In this document: positions 1-14,265 of the stretch, in pieces
Numbering within the stretch: the first letter of the stretch is position 1
Layout: the number at the start of each line of letters is the position of its first letter
Source: Eledone cirrhosa
Taxonomy: Eukaryota
Direction: 5' to 3'
Length of the DNA stretch: 64,000 bases
Assembly (NCBI GenBank): GCA_964016885.1
Contig: OZ024745.1
Coordinates: 36,394,001 to 36,458,000 of the forward strand
Position numbers and translations under genes: made by a program
The notes under the pieces: generated by a model
The model's database searches: none
Told to the model about the DNA's origin: nothing
The model's input: the letters and a program-made list of their open reading frames with translations, nothing else

Positions 1-1654
1 ATTCAAATTCTGGAAACTAGAAACTGGCAACAATTATATCATAAAACATCACAGTACTGCTAAAAATAATCAGATTTGTAGAAAGTCAATTTATATGAAA
101 TCACACCCTAAAAGCTTTTTTAAAAAATTATGCATTTGATAATGTAATCCTTGATAGAACGTGTCGAAATAAAAGACGTTATAGTTAGCATCGTGTAATC
201 GGATGTTTCTTTGAGCATGATTGACCTGGGGTTCAACTGTAACAAGAATTACAGTAAGCTTAATCCTTAGTTTAAATATTTTATATAGAAAGGATGACTC
301 TGTTATAAAATTAATGTTATAATTGTGCTTAAATCAATCCTTTCTTCTAATATCATTCAACTTTCTTCTAAATCACACTGCCAAATCACTCCATTCTTCT
401 AATATCATTCAACTGGCTACTACATCCGAAATTTACTAAACCAAACTATCACATCAAATTTGAAATATTTCATTGGAGTTATAATTAGCGAAGCGTAAAA
501 TCATCTTCCAATATTATTTATATATATAAACTTATCGATCCGAGACAAATAAAAGTCAAGTTAACTCTGATAGCTTGGTGGTTTGAATCAGTGTGGATTA
601 AAACAAATCCAGTGGAATAGCCAGAGCTGAGCGCCCGGCCTACAGTATTCATAAATTATTCTGATTAAAATGAATACATGCATGACAGCGATATCTTAGT
701 AACCACCCTTTTTTAGGCATAAAGTATTTTAAATGAAAGCCCTGTATGAAACAGAACGCCCGCTTCAATACTAGAATAGAGCCTTGCTTTTACACATGAC
801 ACAAAACAACTACCACTTATACACGTTTAATTGCGTGCTTAATTGCAGTTAATATCCTCTTTCGGTGTAGCAATGGCTAAATTAAATTAAGCAGCTAACA
901 TTCTGCTTCCAAATTATGCGCCTATTTAAGAGTCGCTTTGGTGCTATTCACATTGGTCGATAACGTTGGATGATAGCAATAATACAAGCAACTATTTAAT
1001 AAAAAGCGTAAAGAATATGAGGTTAAGAGGGCAATTACAGAAATAACGAAGTACTGAAGCTTCCCGGTGTAACAATGCCTAGGAGTGTGCCGTGGGCGTT
1101 TTGTAACAACACTCTCCATATAGGTAGCTTCAAAAATAGATGATGGTTGATTCTTCGTTCATTTCGATAACAAACCACTTGCCCTAAGATACTCTACAGT
1201 GAGATATCTTGATTGTGAGGAAAACATCTCATTCATTCAGTCATGCCGGCGACTTTAAAATTTATTCTAGTCTGCAAGTGCTATTAAATGTGAAGTGGTA
1301 TAATGTAGAGTTTGACAAGGAAAGACCTAACTTAGGTTTAACTAAAGTGGGTAAAACCCGTTTTGAAAAAGCAAATAATTATAGAAAAACATTGTGTTAC
1401 TCACTTACTATATAAAAACAAAATGTTTAATATACATTCTCACCGTAGAATGAAATATAAGTGTGTTTGATTTCTCATTATCGGTCAATTAGCTGTAAAA
1501 AGCAATAACTTGTTTTGTTTTTGTTTGTTTTTCTTAGTAGGAAGAGAGTAACATAATGATTTTCATATTTGGTTACGGTTTTACAACGAATCTTATAAAC
1601 TCGTATTAAACATATATAAAAAAAGATAATTTTATTATCTAGTTCAAGAAAGTC

Positions 1655-1870
1655 TGAGTGGTTAAGTTGTTTGCTTCAAGATCACGTTGTTCTCTATTCA
1701 ATCCAAATGCATGTAACATTTGGATAGATGACTGCTGACATATATTTGGTTCTCTTCAAAGCTCATGGGAGAGACTGGATGAAAGTAAACTCTACAGAGG
1801 TCGATCCATTGCTCACTTTAACATAATTCGTCTGTCGGTCAACAAACTGTTACACGCTGGCGTTCCCTTG
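1655..1870 (+). mobile_element. Degenerate tRNA-derived SINE (second family)
   Basis: AGTGGTTAAG A-box-like head and TTCAATCC B-box-like motif; related to decayed minus-strand copies at ~25070 and ~55160. Confidence 0.4.
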
Positions 1871-2015
1871 TGGTCAGCAAATTATTACGGAATGATATAA
1901 TTTTATTTAGATATTATCGCTCCTTAGATTGTATCCCTATCTAGGAATACAAATGGAACTTCGAATGATGTTGATAGTATATTTAAACTAGATTGGTGAT
2001 ATTATTATTTAGTAC

Positions 2016-2290
2016 GGGTTCGATAAAATAAAGTACCAGTCACGCACTGAGGTCTTTTTAATCGACTTTTCCCTCCCTTAAATTACTGGCCTTGTGCCTA
2101 TATAAGAAACCATTATTATTTGAGGGTCGGACGCCATGCTTTGACGCATAGAGTTACGGCCCTTGCCATTCTGAGTTCAAATCCCGCCGAGGTTAACTTT
2201 GCCTTTCATCCTTACAGGGTCGATAAAATAAAGTACCAGTAATGCACTGGGTAATTGCTGGCCTTGTGCCAAAAGTAGAAACAATTATTT
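2016..2290 (+). mobile_element. Two adjacent partial copies of the main octopus-type tRNA SINE
   Basis: B box GAGTTCAAATCCCGCCGAGG and body TTTGCCTTTCATCC...GGGTCGATAAAATAAAGTACCAGT shared with >10 copies in the window. Confidence 0.85.
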
Positions 2291-3053
2291 AGTATCAGGT
2301 TAGTTTTGATTGAACAGAGCTATTGTCAGTATCGTTCCAGCACTAACAATTGTGTCTTTCCCTCCTATATCAAGTACTGCAGTGTTCAGCGGGTTATTCG
2401 TTATTCGAGTCAACACGTGATTTGAGAGAGATATGACTTTAATTTCTATCAGATCAATAAAACTCACAGAGGTTCCCTCGTTGGGTCTATTGTCAGTTAT
2501 TAAACAAAATGTAATCAGTATATTGTTAAACTGCATACAGCTCCATAAATATTTTGTTTTCAGTATTTGGTTATGAGTGTTTACCTTTTGAATTCATATA
2601 CTACCTGGGTAGATTTATACTTTTATCCTTGAGGATTTGACAAAATAATTGCAGCTGAAATACTAGAGCCGACATTTCCCCTGTATATTCTCTCATATTA
2701 CGTTTGGCTTTCTTCCCCTGCTGAAAAGCTTTTATTATGTATATGTGAGCACCATATAACAAGAGAAACTAGAAATCAGTAGTAAACTCAATATCTTCTG
2801 TAAGATTGGTGAAATCCTATTTATTTCCTTTATGCTAATAATATCTTTAAACGGAAACAGTTATAATTTCCCTTTCCATCTTATTGGGAAGGAATTGACA
2901 GATTAGCTAAGATTTCGGAAATCCTTTGCTGGAGATAGTTGATATGTTTCCGCAAGGTTCTTCACACTACATTTCACAGAATGAAGACCAACTGTTGATT
3001 CTTGTATTCTTACTGGCATGCTAAATATACTTCTCTCATTATTTGGAAGCATA

Positions 3054-3238
3054 GGGCGGTGGATTGGCAGTATCGGTAGAGGGTCGGACGCCATACTTTC
3101 CAGCATAGTTACGTCCCTTTACGATCTGAGTTCAAATCCCGCCGAGGTTGAATTTGCCTTTCATCCTTACGGGGTCGATAAAATAAAGTACCAGTAATGC
3201 ACTGGGTAATTGCTGGCATTGTGCCTAAAGTAGAAACA
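3054..3238 (+). mobile_element. Full-length tRNA-derived SINE with 16-bp TSD
   Basis: A box TGGCAGTATCGG, B box GAGTTCAAATCCC; TSD ATTATTTGGAAGCATA at 3038-3053 and 3239-3254. Confidence 0.9.
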
Positions 3239-3257
3239 ATTATTTGGAAGCATAAAG

Positions 3258-3690
3258 TTTATATGTTCGTATCATGGAAGAATGTGAATTTTTATATATT
3301 AAGTGTTAATGCACACTGAGTAATAAACACACGCTTGTGGTTTTTTTGCAAAATGATCTGCATCAATTTATATGTGTATAACGTTTTCTTTTTAAGCAGT
3401 ATTCATAGCTAGATATAGAAAGCCATCAAGGATAGAACGCTTACAGAATTCTCAATGGTAAGCTAAATATAATATTCGCATTATATGGAAACCTAATGTG
3501 TACATGTACGGATTTTGGAAGAATGGATGTTTTTATACATTCGCTGGTAAGGCACAATGTGTAATAAATAAACGCATTTTTTCTTCATTTCAAAAAAGAT
3601 ATCCATCTCTTCGTATGCATATAACATTTACTTTACTAACAGCATTCATGGCTAGATATAGTTAGATATCAATGATAGACAGCTAGCTTG
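3258..3690. repeat. Old tandem duplication, unit ~240 bp
   Basis: Colinear blocks TGGAAGAATG...GTAATAAA...ATTCAT(A/G)GCTAGATATAG occur twice. Confidence 0.6.
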
Positions 3691-4719
3691 CAAGCTAGAT
3701 AGATATATAAATAACATAAGTAAAATATCTAGTCTAATATCTCCATTGCTCTCAATAATTCATTCTACCCATTAACAATCATTTCGTTTGATATTCATTT
3801 CCTCATTCTCTTTACTCGGTATCTATTTCTGTATCAACTCCAGCAATTCAGCTCAATGATACGTGTGTTCTACTGTTTGTTTTGTTTTTTCGTGTCATAT
3901 TTTACTTTTCTACTATACAGTATGGTTTTAACCAAACGAAAACAATAACAAAAAAAACATAAACATAATTATTCTTATCATACCAATGTCCTTTCTATTT
4001 TTTTAATAAAATAACTTGGTATCAAACAATTTTTTATTAATGAAAAAGACAACAAAAATACTCCATTATATTGTTAGATTTCTCAAATTAAATTGCGTTG
4101 AGAAAAATAGCCTTCTAAAATACAGTTAACTTCAGTGACCTATACGGTCAAATAGTTTTAGAGTTTATTTTCAGTGAGGTCACATAAAATCTACAAATAA
4201 CTCTGATTAGGATTCAGAAGAAAATTAATGAATATATTTTGGAATGAATATATCTTTGTTTGTAGCCTTTTACTCAAATATAAAAATATTGTGTGCTTAT
4301 CGAAGCCTATTTGTTTGTTTGAAGTTAAATAATAGAATGGAAATTACCGAATAGTTAACTAGAGAATGTTGTTGTTTATAGATGTTTGGAATTAATATAA
4401 CAAACAATGGGTAGAATGTATATATAAAAAAGATGTACACATATACATGCGTACACTCACACAACCACCAAAACCGACACACCAACATACTCTTATGTAT
4501 ATATATATGTATATATATATGTATATATATATATATATATAAATATGTATAAACATATATAAATGTATGTACACACACACACATATATATATGTATGTGT
4601 ATGTATTTATATATATCTATCTATATATATATGTATGTATACAAACATACATAAATACGTACACACACACCCACACACACATATATATATATATGTGTGT
4701 GTGTGTGCGTATGTATGTA

Positions 4720-5010
4720 TTCAAAGACATAGTAAATCTTAGTATAATGAGGTTACCGCACAGAGATATGGAAATGTCTTAAGCGTTTTGGATACAAATC
4801 CTTCATTAATTCTTCGGAAATAAAGAAGAAGCACCAAGAGAAAGGAAGAGATTAGGAATCCGAAAATCGAAAGGAAATATGTACCAATGTCTCATGTCTA
4901 CACTGATTAAAATATAATAGGACAGGCATCAACTCCTGCCTATTACTGTTTAATTTTTTTCAAGATATTTTCTATTCGCATTGTGACGACATTTCTAAAA
5001 CAATCGTATC

Positions 5011-5012
<2 letters not shown>
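4720..5012 (-). mobile_element. PLE-type terminal (pLTR) fragment with degenerate hammerhead at ~4777-4810
   Basis: Minus strand TTAATGA-A-GGAT TTGT ATCC-AAAAC-GC-TTA-AGAC (decayed CUGAUGA/GAAAC); flanked by microsatellites. Confidence 0.45.
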
Positions 5013-5109
<97 letters not shown>

Positions 5110-5213
5110 TTATATATATAAACACACACACACACACACACAAACACACACACGCGCACACACACATAATTTCTATTCGCCTTGTGACGACATTCCTAAA
5201 ACACAATCGTATC

Positions 5214-5264
<51 letters not shown>

Positions 5265-5274
5265 TTATATATAT

Positions 5275-5362
<88 letters not shown>

Positions 5363-5439
5363 GATACGATTGTGTTTTAGGAATGTCGTCACAAGGCGAA
5401 TAGAAATTATGTGTGTGTGCGCGTGTGTGTGTTTGTGTG

Positions 5440-5460
<21 letters not shown>
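4968..5460. repeat. Direct plus inverted repeat of a ~45-bp unique segment embedded in (CA)n/(TA)n (fold-back)
   Basis: TTCTATTCGC..TGTGACGACATT..ATCGTATCCG at ~4970 and ~5171; reverse complement at ~5361-5407. Confidence 0.85.
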
Positions 5461-5482
<22 letters not shown>

Positions 5483-5579
5483 TTGTGTGTGTGTGTCTGT
5501 GCGCGCTCGCGCGCGCGTATGTCTCTGTGTGTGTTATTTCCCTTCGTTCTTGTACTTTAATAATATGTAAATGTTTTTT

Positions 5580-5838
5580 CAAAAAATAAGCGTTTAACAC
5601 GTATTTTCAACGTTAACTTCAAACTCGCCCAAGCGTTCTTCCAGTCTGTAGTTGAACCACCGTACACAATCTGGAGGGATTGACACATTACCTACAGCCT
5701 TTTGTTCCATATATGAATATAAATAAAAAATATATATACAAGATGTCCACCAAAAATGTATACACATTTCAACAGTATTCTAATTAATAGTGCCTGTACA
5801 GGTAATCAAAGTGTGTACATTTTGGGGGAACACCCTAT
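5580..5838. mobile_element. Possible right end of a non-autonomous Tc1/mariner element
   Basis: Ends in ...TACATTTTGGGGGAACACCCT followed by TA, resembling a mariner TIR (recalled, not searched). Confidence 0.35.
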
Positions 5839-5895
5839 ATATTTACATATATATATATATACATACATACATACATACACATGTATGTATGTATT

Positions 5896-5943
<48 letters not shown>

Positions 5944-5948
5944 AAAGA

Positions 5949-6063
5949 ATGACCTCTACCGACCTCTACCGACATGACCTCTACCGACATGACCTCTACC
6001 GACATGACCTCTACCGACATGACCTCTACCGACAGGACCTCTACCGACATGACCTCTACCGAC
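5949..6063. repeat. 15-bp minisatellite (ATGACCTCTACCGAC) x ~7.5
   Basis: Visible directly; gives the HDLYR/SVEVM peptide repeats in the ORF track. Confidence 0.95.
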
Positions 6064-6345
6064 CAATCAAAATTGTTTTGACCACAAGAATTTTTGCAAA
6101 TTGGAGCCACTTTTTTAACATAAAAACAGGTAGAATTCCCAAAACTAATCAGATCAGAGCAAACAGCACGGACACTCTATCTCAAAATTATTTTTGAAAA
6201 GCATTTAGAAATGCGCAACCGATAAAAACTTAAAAACTTAAAACCACAACTGAATACTAACCCATACAATCACTAATACTCTTTTATTCCTAATTAAACC
6301 ATTTTTCAACTGTGAACAATTTGTCAGCATTTTCTATTCCGTTTA

Positions 6346-6391
<46 letters not shown>

Positions 6392-6394
6392 TAT

Positions 6395-6694
6395 AATTTT
6401 CAGCCCCATGGATTTTACCTATTACATTCACGTATTATATTTCGAATACCTGATGATATCACCGGATTCATACGGAACCCGGTCATTGAAATGATCATAG
6501 TATAATAAACCTTTCAAGGATTTACACAAATCCAGCCTCCTGTCATTTCATTATAATATTTAACTCCGTAATAGCACCACCAACTACAAAAACAAAGACG
6601 GTTGAACTGCTTTACGTTGAGTACTCTCTATATTATTGCATTACGATTGACCATACGGAATAGACCAGCTCTATACAGTGGTGAACCTCAAACC

Positions 6695-6697
<3 letters not shown>
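6395..6697 (+). mobile_element. PLE-type pLTR repeat, copy 1 (copy 2 at ~35954-36255)
   Basis: ~300 bp highly similar to 35954-36255; contains a hammerhead; (TA)n on both sides. Confidence 0.75.
6446..6503 (+). ncRNA. Minimal type-I hammerhead ribozyme
   Basis: Stem I ATAC/GTAT, core CTGATGA, stem II ACCGG..CCGGT, GAAA, palindromic stem III ATGATCAT, cleavage triplet AUA. Confidence 0.8.
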
Positions 6698-6760
<63 letters not shown>

Positions 6761-6784
6761 GATAAATCTACCAAGAGTTTACGG

Positions 6785-6852
<68 letters not shown>

Positions 6853-6856
<4 letters not shown>

Positions 6857-6950
6857 AGGTGGAGTCTTGTACTCTCAGTCGCTTCACGCCACGGAAACCG
6901 GTATAGGCACCGGTCCGATGAGCTCCGGGCTCGAGATAGACTTAAGATGA
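6853..6950 (+). mobile_element. 3' fragment of a Nin-domain-like SINE
   Basis: ATCCAGGTGGAGT..TACTCTCAGTCGCTTCACGCCACGGAAACCGG resembles the conserved Nin SINE domain (from memory). Confidence 0.45.
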
Positions 6951-7859
6951 TATAATTGCATAATACATATTGCGTTGTACATATTGCTTTCCTTTCTTCG
7001 TTGTACTTAGAATATCCTTATTGCCGTGTGACTGACCTCCTTCAATGGTTGTCCGTAGAACTACATATTTTACCGTGTTATGTTTTGATAGCTACAACAT
7101 TCATTTATTTCTTCTATAATCCAGAACAATTTTCTAAGCCAATTACTAAACTCAATAAAAACATTTTAATTATATATCCAAACATATGAAGCACAATTAG
7201 TTTCTTATGTAAAATTGGTGTGATATCGAGAAAGATTAATAAGAAAATATTTGAATACATTTTTGTTTCTTTACTAAATAGATTAACTGAAGAGGAATCT
7301 GTGTGACTGCCTGTAAGTGCTCGGCGACCTACTAAAGATAACAACAGAATATCTCTTAAATCCCATCCTATCATCTACAATGATAAAATATCCATTTAAT
7401 AGTATGGTACACAAGGCCTGAGAATAAGACAAGATAGTTATGTATAGGAAGTTGATGATGAGAGATTTTCTGAATCAGGGCTCTCTTGATATTAACCTAC
7501 ACAAGCAATTACTCCAAGTCGAAAAGAAGGAAAGGAAATGGTCCTCATCTCTGTCTAGACACATGGTGTACATCGCTTTCGGAATACTATCGACTTCTTC
7601 CGGAGAAAGGGAGGGGGAGAAATAGAAAGTGATAAATTAAGGTAAAATAAAAATCAGCATATAGAACTCGACTGGTATTTTCTTTGTTGATCTCGAAGAT
7701 ATAAGAATTAAGATTGATCTCGTGGGATATGCACATGTGACGGAATTATCCAGAACAAATACCGAGGCATTTCTACCGATGATGCACTAACGACTTCTGA
7801 ATTATACAAACGCAAAACTATATATTTTGAAGTTAAAATGTAAATTTGGTGTTTTGAAT

Positions 7860-7937
7860 AAGCTTTTCGCAATATGTTTGGTCAGGTCGTTCCATTCATT
7901 TTGGGGTTTGGGTACATTTTGACAAGTGTAAACGCCG

Positions 7938-7969
<32 letters not shown>

Positions 7970-8450
7970 ATTGTTGTTGATAATGCTGCTTCTACTTAAT
8001 CTATGTAATGCTTTACTGTGCGTTTTGTGGTTTCTGATGGATACACATGTTTGCCAAAACCTGTTTCTTCTATGGCCATTTCCATTGTTATTTCCCTCTT
8101 TAGTTGTTTATTGTTGGATTTTATTTCTGTTTAGTCTTAGGTAATAAATGATTGAGTAGACGAAAGCTTAAATACATTCCTGTCATAACAATATGATGTT
8201 CTTTATATGCATGGAAACCAAGTCTATATTATCCAACGTGATCTTTTCAATAGGGAAATCTGTTTGCTTTTACTAGCAGGTCAAGTGTTATTTTTGCTGT
8301 TTGTCTTTGATGTATTAAATATGAAAGGTTTTATACTTTTAAACTGGCAATATATTTTGCGTGTATTGTTTCAGGTTCCCTTTTGATGTATGATTTTGGG
8401 AATCATCTATAGATATCATTCAAGGGGTCAATGTTGATGATAATGTAGTG
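7860..8450 (-). pseudogene. Highly decayed C-terminal (restriction-like endonuclease) part of an R4/Dong-type LINE
   Basis: Minus-strand remnants ending GTT*PNILRKA (cf. GTARILRR) with upstream REL-domain-like fragments; many stops. Confidence 0.35.
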
Positions 8451-8574
8451 ATATGGTAGATTCGAAAGATAAGATTCTTTGCTGTATATGTTGTAGTTCT
8501 CTCTAAATTCAGTCCTACTAACGTCACTCTTGCATTTCATCCCATCTAAAGCCTGGGGAAAGTGCAATTCTCCC

Positions 8575-8752
8575 TCCTCTACGACACCAATTTGTCCACG
8601 GCAAAGGCAAAAGACTATAAAACATCATCTGTGTCCTCGCAACTCACATTTTCCAGCTCAGTGAACCGAAGCAACATGATATAAAATGTCTTTATCACGC
8701 AGGTAACTCCCTAATCTGTCTGGGAATCGAATTTGAGAAACCACGCGCCTTT
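8575..8752 (-). mobile_element. Degenerate CORE-type tRNA SINE
   Basis: GAAGCAACATGATATAAAATGTCTT and GGGAATCGAA are reverse complements of the CORE and B-box motifs seen at 55775 and 57028. Confidence 0.5.
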
Positions 8753-10318
8753 ACACTTCTGACTAGGACATAAAAAGTATACGCATTTAGCATGTCTATA
8801 AAAATATATATCTGCTAACACTTACAAAGAAGGATATGTACAACTTTTAACATGTTTTCATGTAGAAAGTAAATTCTCTCAGCTAATTTCATGTTACCAA
8901 GGATTTCATGTGTAATAATTTAATTTCGGATTTATTATTTCTACAAGGGGATATTCATTATTGCATATGTCATGCTTATACCACTTTAGCGCAGATGATT
9001 TTTCCGTGCAAATATTACTAAATTCTGTAGATTTTTTTTACTTTTATTTTTACATTCCAACATTACACTGTTACCATAATCACTGACGAGAAAAACACTT
9101 CACTTATTGATTTTGGTCAAGATATCTCGATCGATAGGAATTTTTTCCACTCGCTGAGTTATTTTCAAAGAGTCGGCGATAATACTTTCTGTCAGCAGTT
9201 ATGTCTCTCGATGATACTTTATTATTCTAATCATACTATTTCACGTCTCATTGAGTTCTTATTATTAATGTTATTTTTATTGCTGTTGTTCCTGCTATTT
9301 TTCTGTAATTATTATTTCATTTATTGCTGTTGTTCTTACTGGTATTGTTTTTCTTGTTGGTGATGGTATTGGTGTTACTAACACTTTTGTTCTGGTTGCT
9401 CTTGTTGTTTTGGTGATAACGTTTGTAAGAGTCTGAGAAGTATTATGTTGCAGATGGGCCGGTTTGTAAATGATTGGTCTGGTTGTCTACCTCGACTTTT
9501 ATTATTTTTCTCACTTTCTCTTTATTGTTTCCTACATTTTAACGTTTGTTTTTCTGTTTACCACTCTTACGCTATGATAAAATAATAAATGGTGCTAAGC
9601 CCTGTCAAATATTTCCACCATTTTTTCTCATCTAAATTTGAAAATCGTGTTTTCACTGAGGCTGATGGTGTTCATTCTGTGCTGTAGTTGCAGTTTCTGC
9701 TGCTGTTAATGTTGCAACTCTTGCTGTTATTGTTATTTTTTCCAACGATAATTATGAGGACGAAAGAAGTTAAGACAGAGAAAGAAATTTGAAAGAGAGG
9801 AAACAAATCAGAAATCAGTAGACGAAAATTAGTTTGATTTTCTTTTCTTTGTCTTTTTTGTTTCTTTTCTTTTTGTAAACATTAATCTCAATCGACGAAG
9901 TACTGAGTGTTAACATAACATTATCTATGGCTTATTATTTAGTTATTTGTTTAAAATTGTTACTGCATTTGTTTCCTTTTGACATCTGACTGTGAGTTAA
10001 TAATGCTTACAGCTTAATCTCATAAACTCTTCGTAATATATTATTCATAAGCTAAGAATTTGCTCTTAAAACTTGTGATATTTTACTTCTTCCGCTTAGT
10101 AATGAAAGCAAACAAAACAAATCATGAATTACTCTGTATCATTAAAAATAATCAATATGAAATGAAACTCGGTTTTGTTTTATTCTCTCAACCTATAAAA
10201 ACAGAAATCATTATTATTATTATTAACGATTTTCTTTTAGAAAAGCAAATCCACAGTTCTTTTTTTAGTCATTGTCCTTTTTATTCAATTTCTTACACAT
10301 ATATACACACACATTCTC

Positions 10319-10366
<48 letters not shown>

Positions 10367-11137
10367 TGTGTGTGTGTGTGGTGTGTAACCTGCTACAACA
10401 TGGTATAATAGTCACAGAGGAAATCACTCATTCCCCCAGTTTAATTGACCTGAATGTGTGCGGCCACCCAAGAGGGTTTAATCTAAATATGTATAGGTTG
10501 AATCCAAGTAAATGAATCATATAGAATGATAAAACAAATATTTTCTTTCAGTTGGAAGCATAATATAGCACCACGTGTGATATACGATCATACAACGTAT
10601 TTACCGAAGAGTGTGGAACATTATTCATCGATCATTATCAGATTACTAACTAGCCTATGAGACGTTTCATTGTTGATACTATTTAAAATTCTATTCGCTT
10701 CAGTATAATTGATAATATTCTCTCACTTTCCCCTAAACTACACCCTATTTGTTTCATAATTGTATTGTTTTTGTTTTATTTTTCCGTTTTAACGATGTTT
10801 CTGCAGACATAACGAACCTACGTTTTTTCCTGTTCCCTCTAATAATCGGTTAACATTAAATTTCTCACTACTGATTCTATGAATAAATTTCTATCAACTT
10901 GTCATGAAAGGAATCGGAAATCAATTAATACTTGCAGAGATCTTTGAAATCGTCAACTCTTTGAAAGCATTTTAATACCTCAAATGATCTCAATTTTTGC
11001 AATACATTAAAATATCTGTAGTGAGAACCAACCAATTATTAAAAGCATATTTTTCAGCTTTCAAACAGTTTATACATAATTTCACGTAATTTTGTAGCGA
11101 TGTTGTAAGACAATTAAAATTCTGTGCGAGTGAAGCC

Positions 11138-11195
<58 letters not shown>

Positions 11196-11657
11196 AGAGA
11201 GAGAGAGAAAGAGAGAGAAGAGAGAGAGATAGAAGAGAGAGGGAGAGAGAGAGGGAGAGAGCGATGCGAGTAGAAGTCTGTGTGGGTGTTCGTGTGTTTG
11301 ACGACCAGTATGTTTGTGTCTATGATAATAAAGAATTTTCTTCTTCATCTTATACTTCTTAATATAAAATAATATTTTCAATTCGTAAGTGGATGCATTG
11401 CTTCTTCTGCACCGACGAGCCCGACACCAAGCTCCTCAAGTTTCTTCATGGAGCTACAAAGGTGTATCGAATCTTGGGCTTGATGATTTGTGAGAGAATA
11501 TTCATTGCGACTTGATCATGCTACCGTCTACACATATACACACAGATACAAAAGCGCACGCACACACACACACACATATATATATATATAACAGTGTGTG
11601 CGTGTGTGTGCGTGTATGTGTGTATGTATATATATGTATATATATATGTGGTGTATA

Positions 11658-11701
<44 letters not shown>

Positions 11702-12164
11702 CGTGTGAGTATATGTATATATATATATATATATGTGCGTGTGTGTGTATATATACATACACCGACACACACACACATATATATAATATATACATGCATA
11801 TATATACATACACATATATTTAAACATATACATGCATACGTACATATTTTAGTAAAAATACTATAATTTGGAGTGATTTTTCTGCGATAAAATTCTTTAC
11901 GGCTGATTATAGATAGATTCCAAATTAATAAGTTGTCGGAAAATGTCCAAACCAATAAAAAGTTCAAAAACCGGTTTAAAGTGACAGCAATAATCTTGCG
12001 TAGAAAATTTACGTTTGTAGGATACGATAATAATTTACATTAATGTTTCACATTCATAGGTGAACCTGTTTGTCAACGTAAAAAATATTTTCCAATTTAA
12101 ACTATAAGCCATGTGTTATACAAATGTATGTGTATAACTGTTTGAGATAATATAGAAAAATTGA

Positions 12165-12380
12165 ATTGGAAAGTAGAATGTGTAAGGTTCCGACACCTTG
12201 CTTTGCAGCATAGAGTTACGGCCCATTATGATCTGAGTTCAAATCCCGCCGAGGTTAACTTTCCCTTTCATCCTTACGGGGTCGATAAAATAAAGTATAA
12301 GTCACGCACTGCGGTAGATTTAATCAACATTCCCCTCCCCCAGAATTGCTGGCCTTATGCCTATATAAGAAACCATTATT
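12165..12380 (+). mobile_element. Main octopus-type tRNA SINE
   Basis: GAGTTCAAATCCCGCCGAGG...GGGGTCGATAAAATAAAGTA...AGAAACCATTATT. Confidence 0.85.
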
Positions 12381-13077
12381 ATAACTAACTCCGAATTAGA
12401 AAGGCAGTCATCCTGATGACTGATTATGCAGTGGTGTTCGACCGGGTGATTAATTAAGTCTACTTCATTTGAAGTAGACTTAATTAATTAGACAAATGAT
12501 GTAGAGCGTTCACTTCAATGAGATGCTACAAACGATCTGTCACTAAATTTCAATTTACATTTCTCTTCCAATGCATCTCCTTCAGCATCCTCCGAGGAAG
12601 AACCTTCTATATTCTGTCCACCAGGCCTCGGAGCGGCCAGCGCGTGAGCCCTCATCTGCTAAAGAATATATTTCTTAACAAATACAGCTCGTCTGGACCA
12701 AATTATAATAATTTAGAGAAACGTTGAAGATATTAGATATGTAGCAAACAACTCCCGTACATTGAAGTGGACAGTTTCAAATGTGATACTCCACAAATTT
12801 AATCACACATTCTTGAAAATATATCCTTCGATGAAAAAGTGCACCCTACACCGGGTGTTCTTTAGGCCATACGACTTAGAAATAATTTAAGATAACTTCA
12901 ATAATATGTACACTTGAGGTTTCAATGCCTATTTGTTTTTAAATAAACGAAAGGAACAATTATAACATGTTAAGTGGTATGAGGTTTTTAATTGTGAGAG
13001 ACTATTTTGTGTTTCTAATTCAATATATACGTTTCATACACACACACACACACACACACATGTATATATATATATAT

Positions 13078-13158
<81 letters not shown>

Positions 13159-13162
13159 TACC

Positions 13163-13206
<44 letters not shown>

Positions 13207-13417
13207 AACAGACAGGCGAATAGATAGATAGTTATAGAGATGGATAGAGAGATAACCATCATAATGAATTTCATGACATTTTTCTTTTTTAAAAATTATA
13301 TAGTTTTAGATAATATCTCGCATATCCATTGAAGGAAAGAGGTTTCAATATCTCACACAAGGGTTGTTTGCATGTCGATCGCTGTGAGAGGTGAGAGCTG
13401 CAACAACTATTGAAAGT

Positions 13418-13838
<421 letters not shown>

Positions 13839-14265
13839 CTGTATTTATTCATATTCTAAATGTGTATGTTTAAATAAATATAAAATAATATCGTACATTG
13901 ATATATATCAAAATAATAAAAATAATAATAATTGTAATAATGATAAATATACATTACCACAACTTTTCTTAAAGTTAAATAAATTCATTTTATTTTCTGG
14001 TTTCGTTAATACTTTGATGAAAAAGAGTTTTAAAACTAAACGTAGAATATTAATCAAACAAATTTACATATGCGAATATTTTGCCCCATTTTTTCTAATT
14101 ACAGAGGAAGTGTTCTTCGGTGCAAGCGGAATAAAATCAATCAGCCAAGTAAATAATTCGAATAGCTGTTCTTTTAAAAGAGGTGTCACTATATGTTGAT
14201 ATGATACTGATCTGATAGATCTAGAATTGTAATTTCACCATTAATGTTGGGTTCAGTAAAAATAT

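Noticed and set aside
3054-3145. tRNA genes
   Set aside because: A/B boxes belong to SINE heads followed by the SINE body and TSDs; no full cloverleaf seen.
5949-6063. CRISPR-like array
   Set aside because: Contiguous tandem repeat with no spacers, no cas genes, eukaryotic context.
7540-7610. Decayed minus-strand hammerhead (CGGAAGA..CGAAAG)
   Set aside because: Stems do not pair convincingly; too degenerate to call.
11408-11482. CCGACGA followed by a long hairpin (GCCC..GGGC) as a hammerhead
   Set aside because: No GAAA after stem II and no stem I/III closure.
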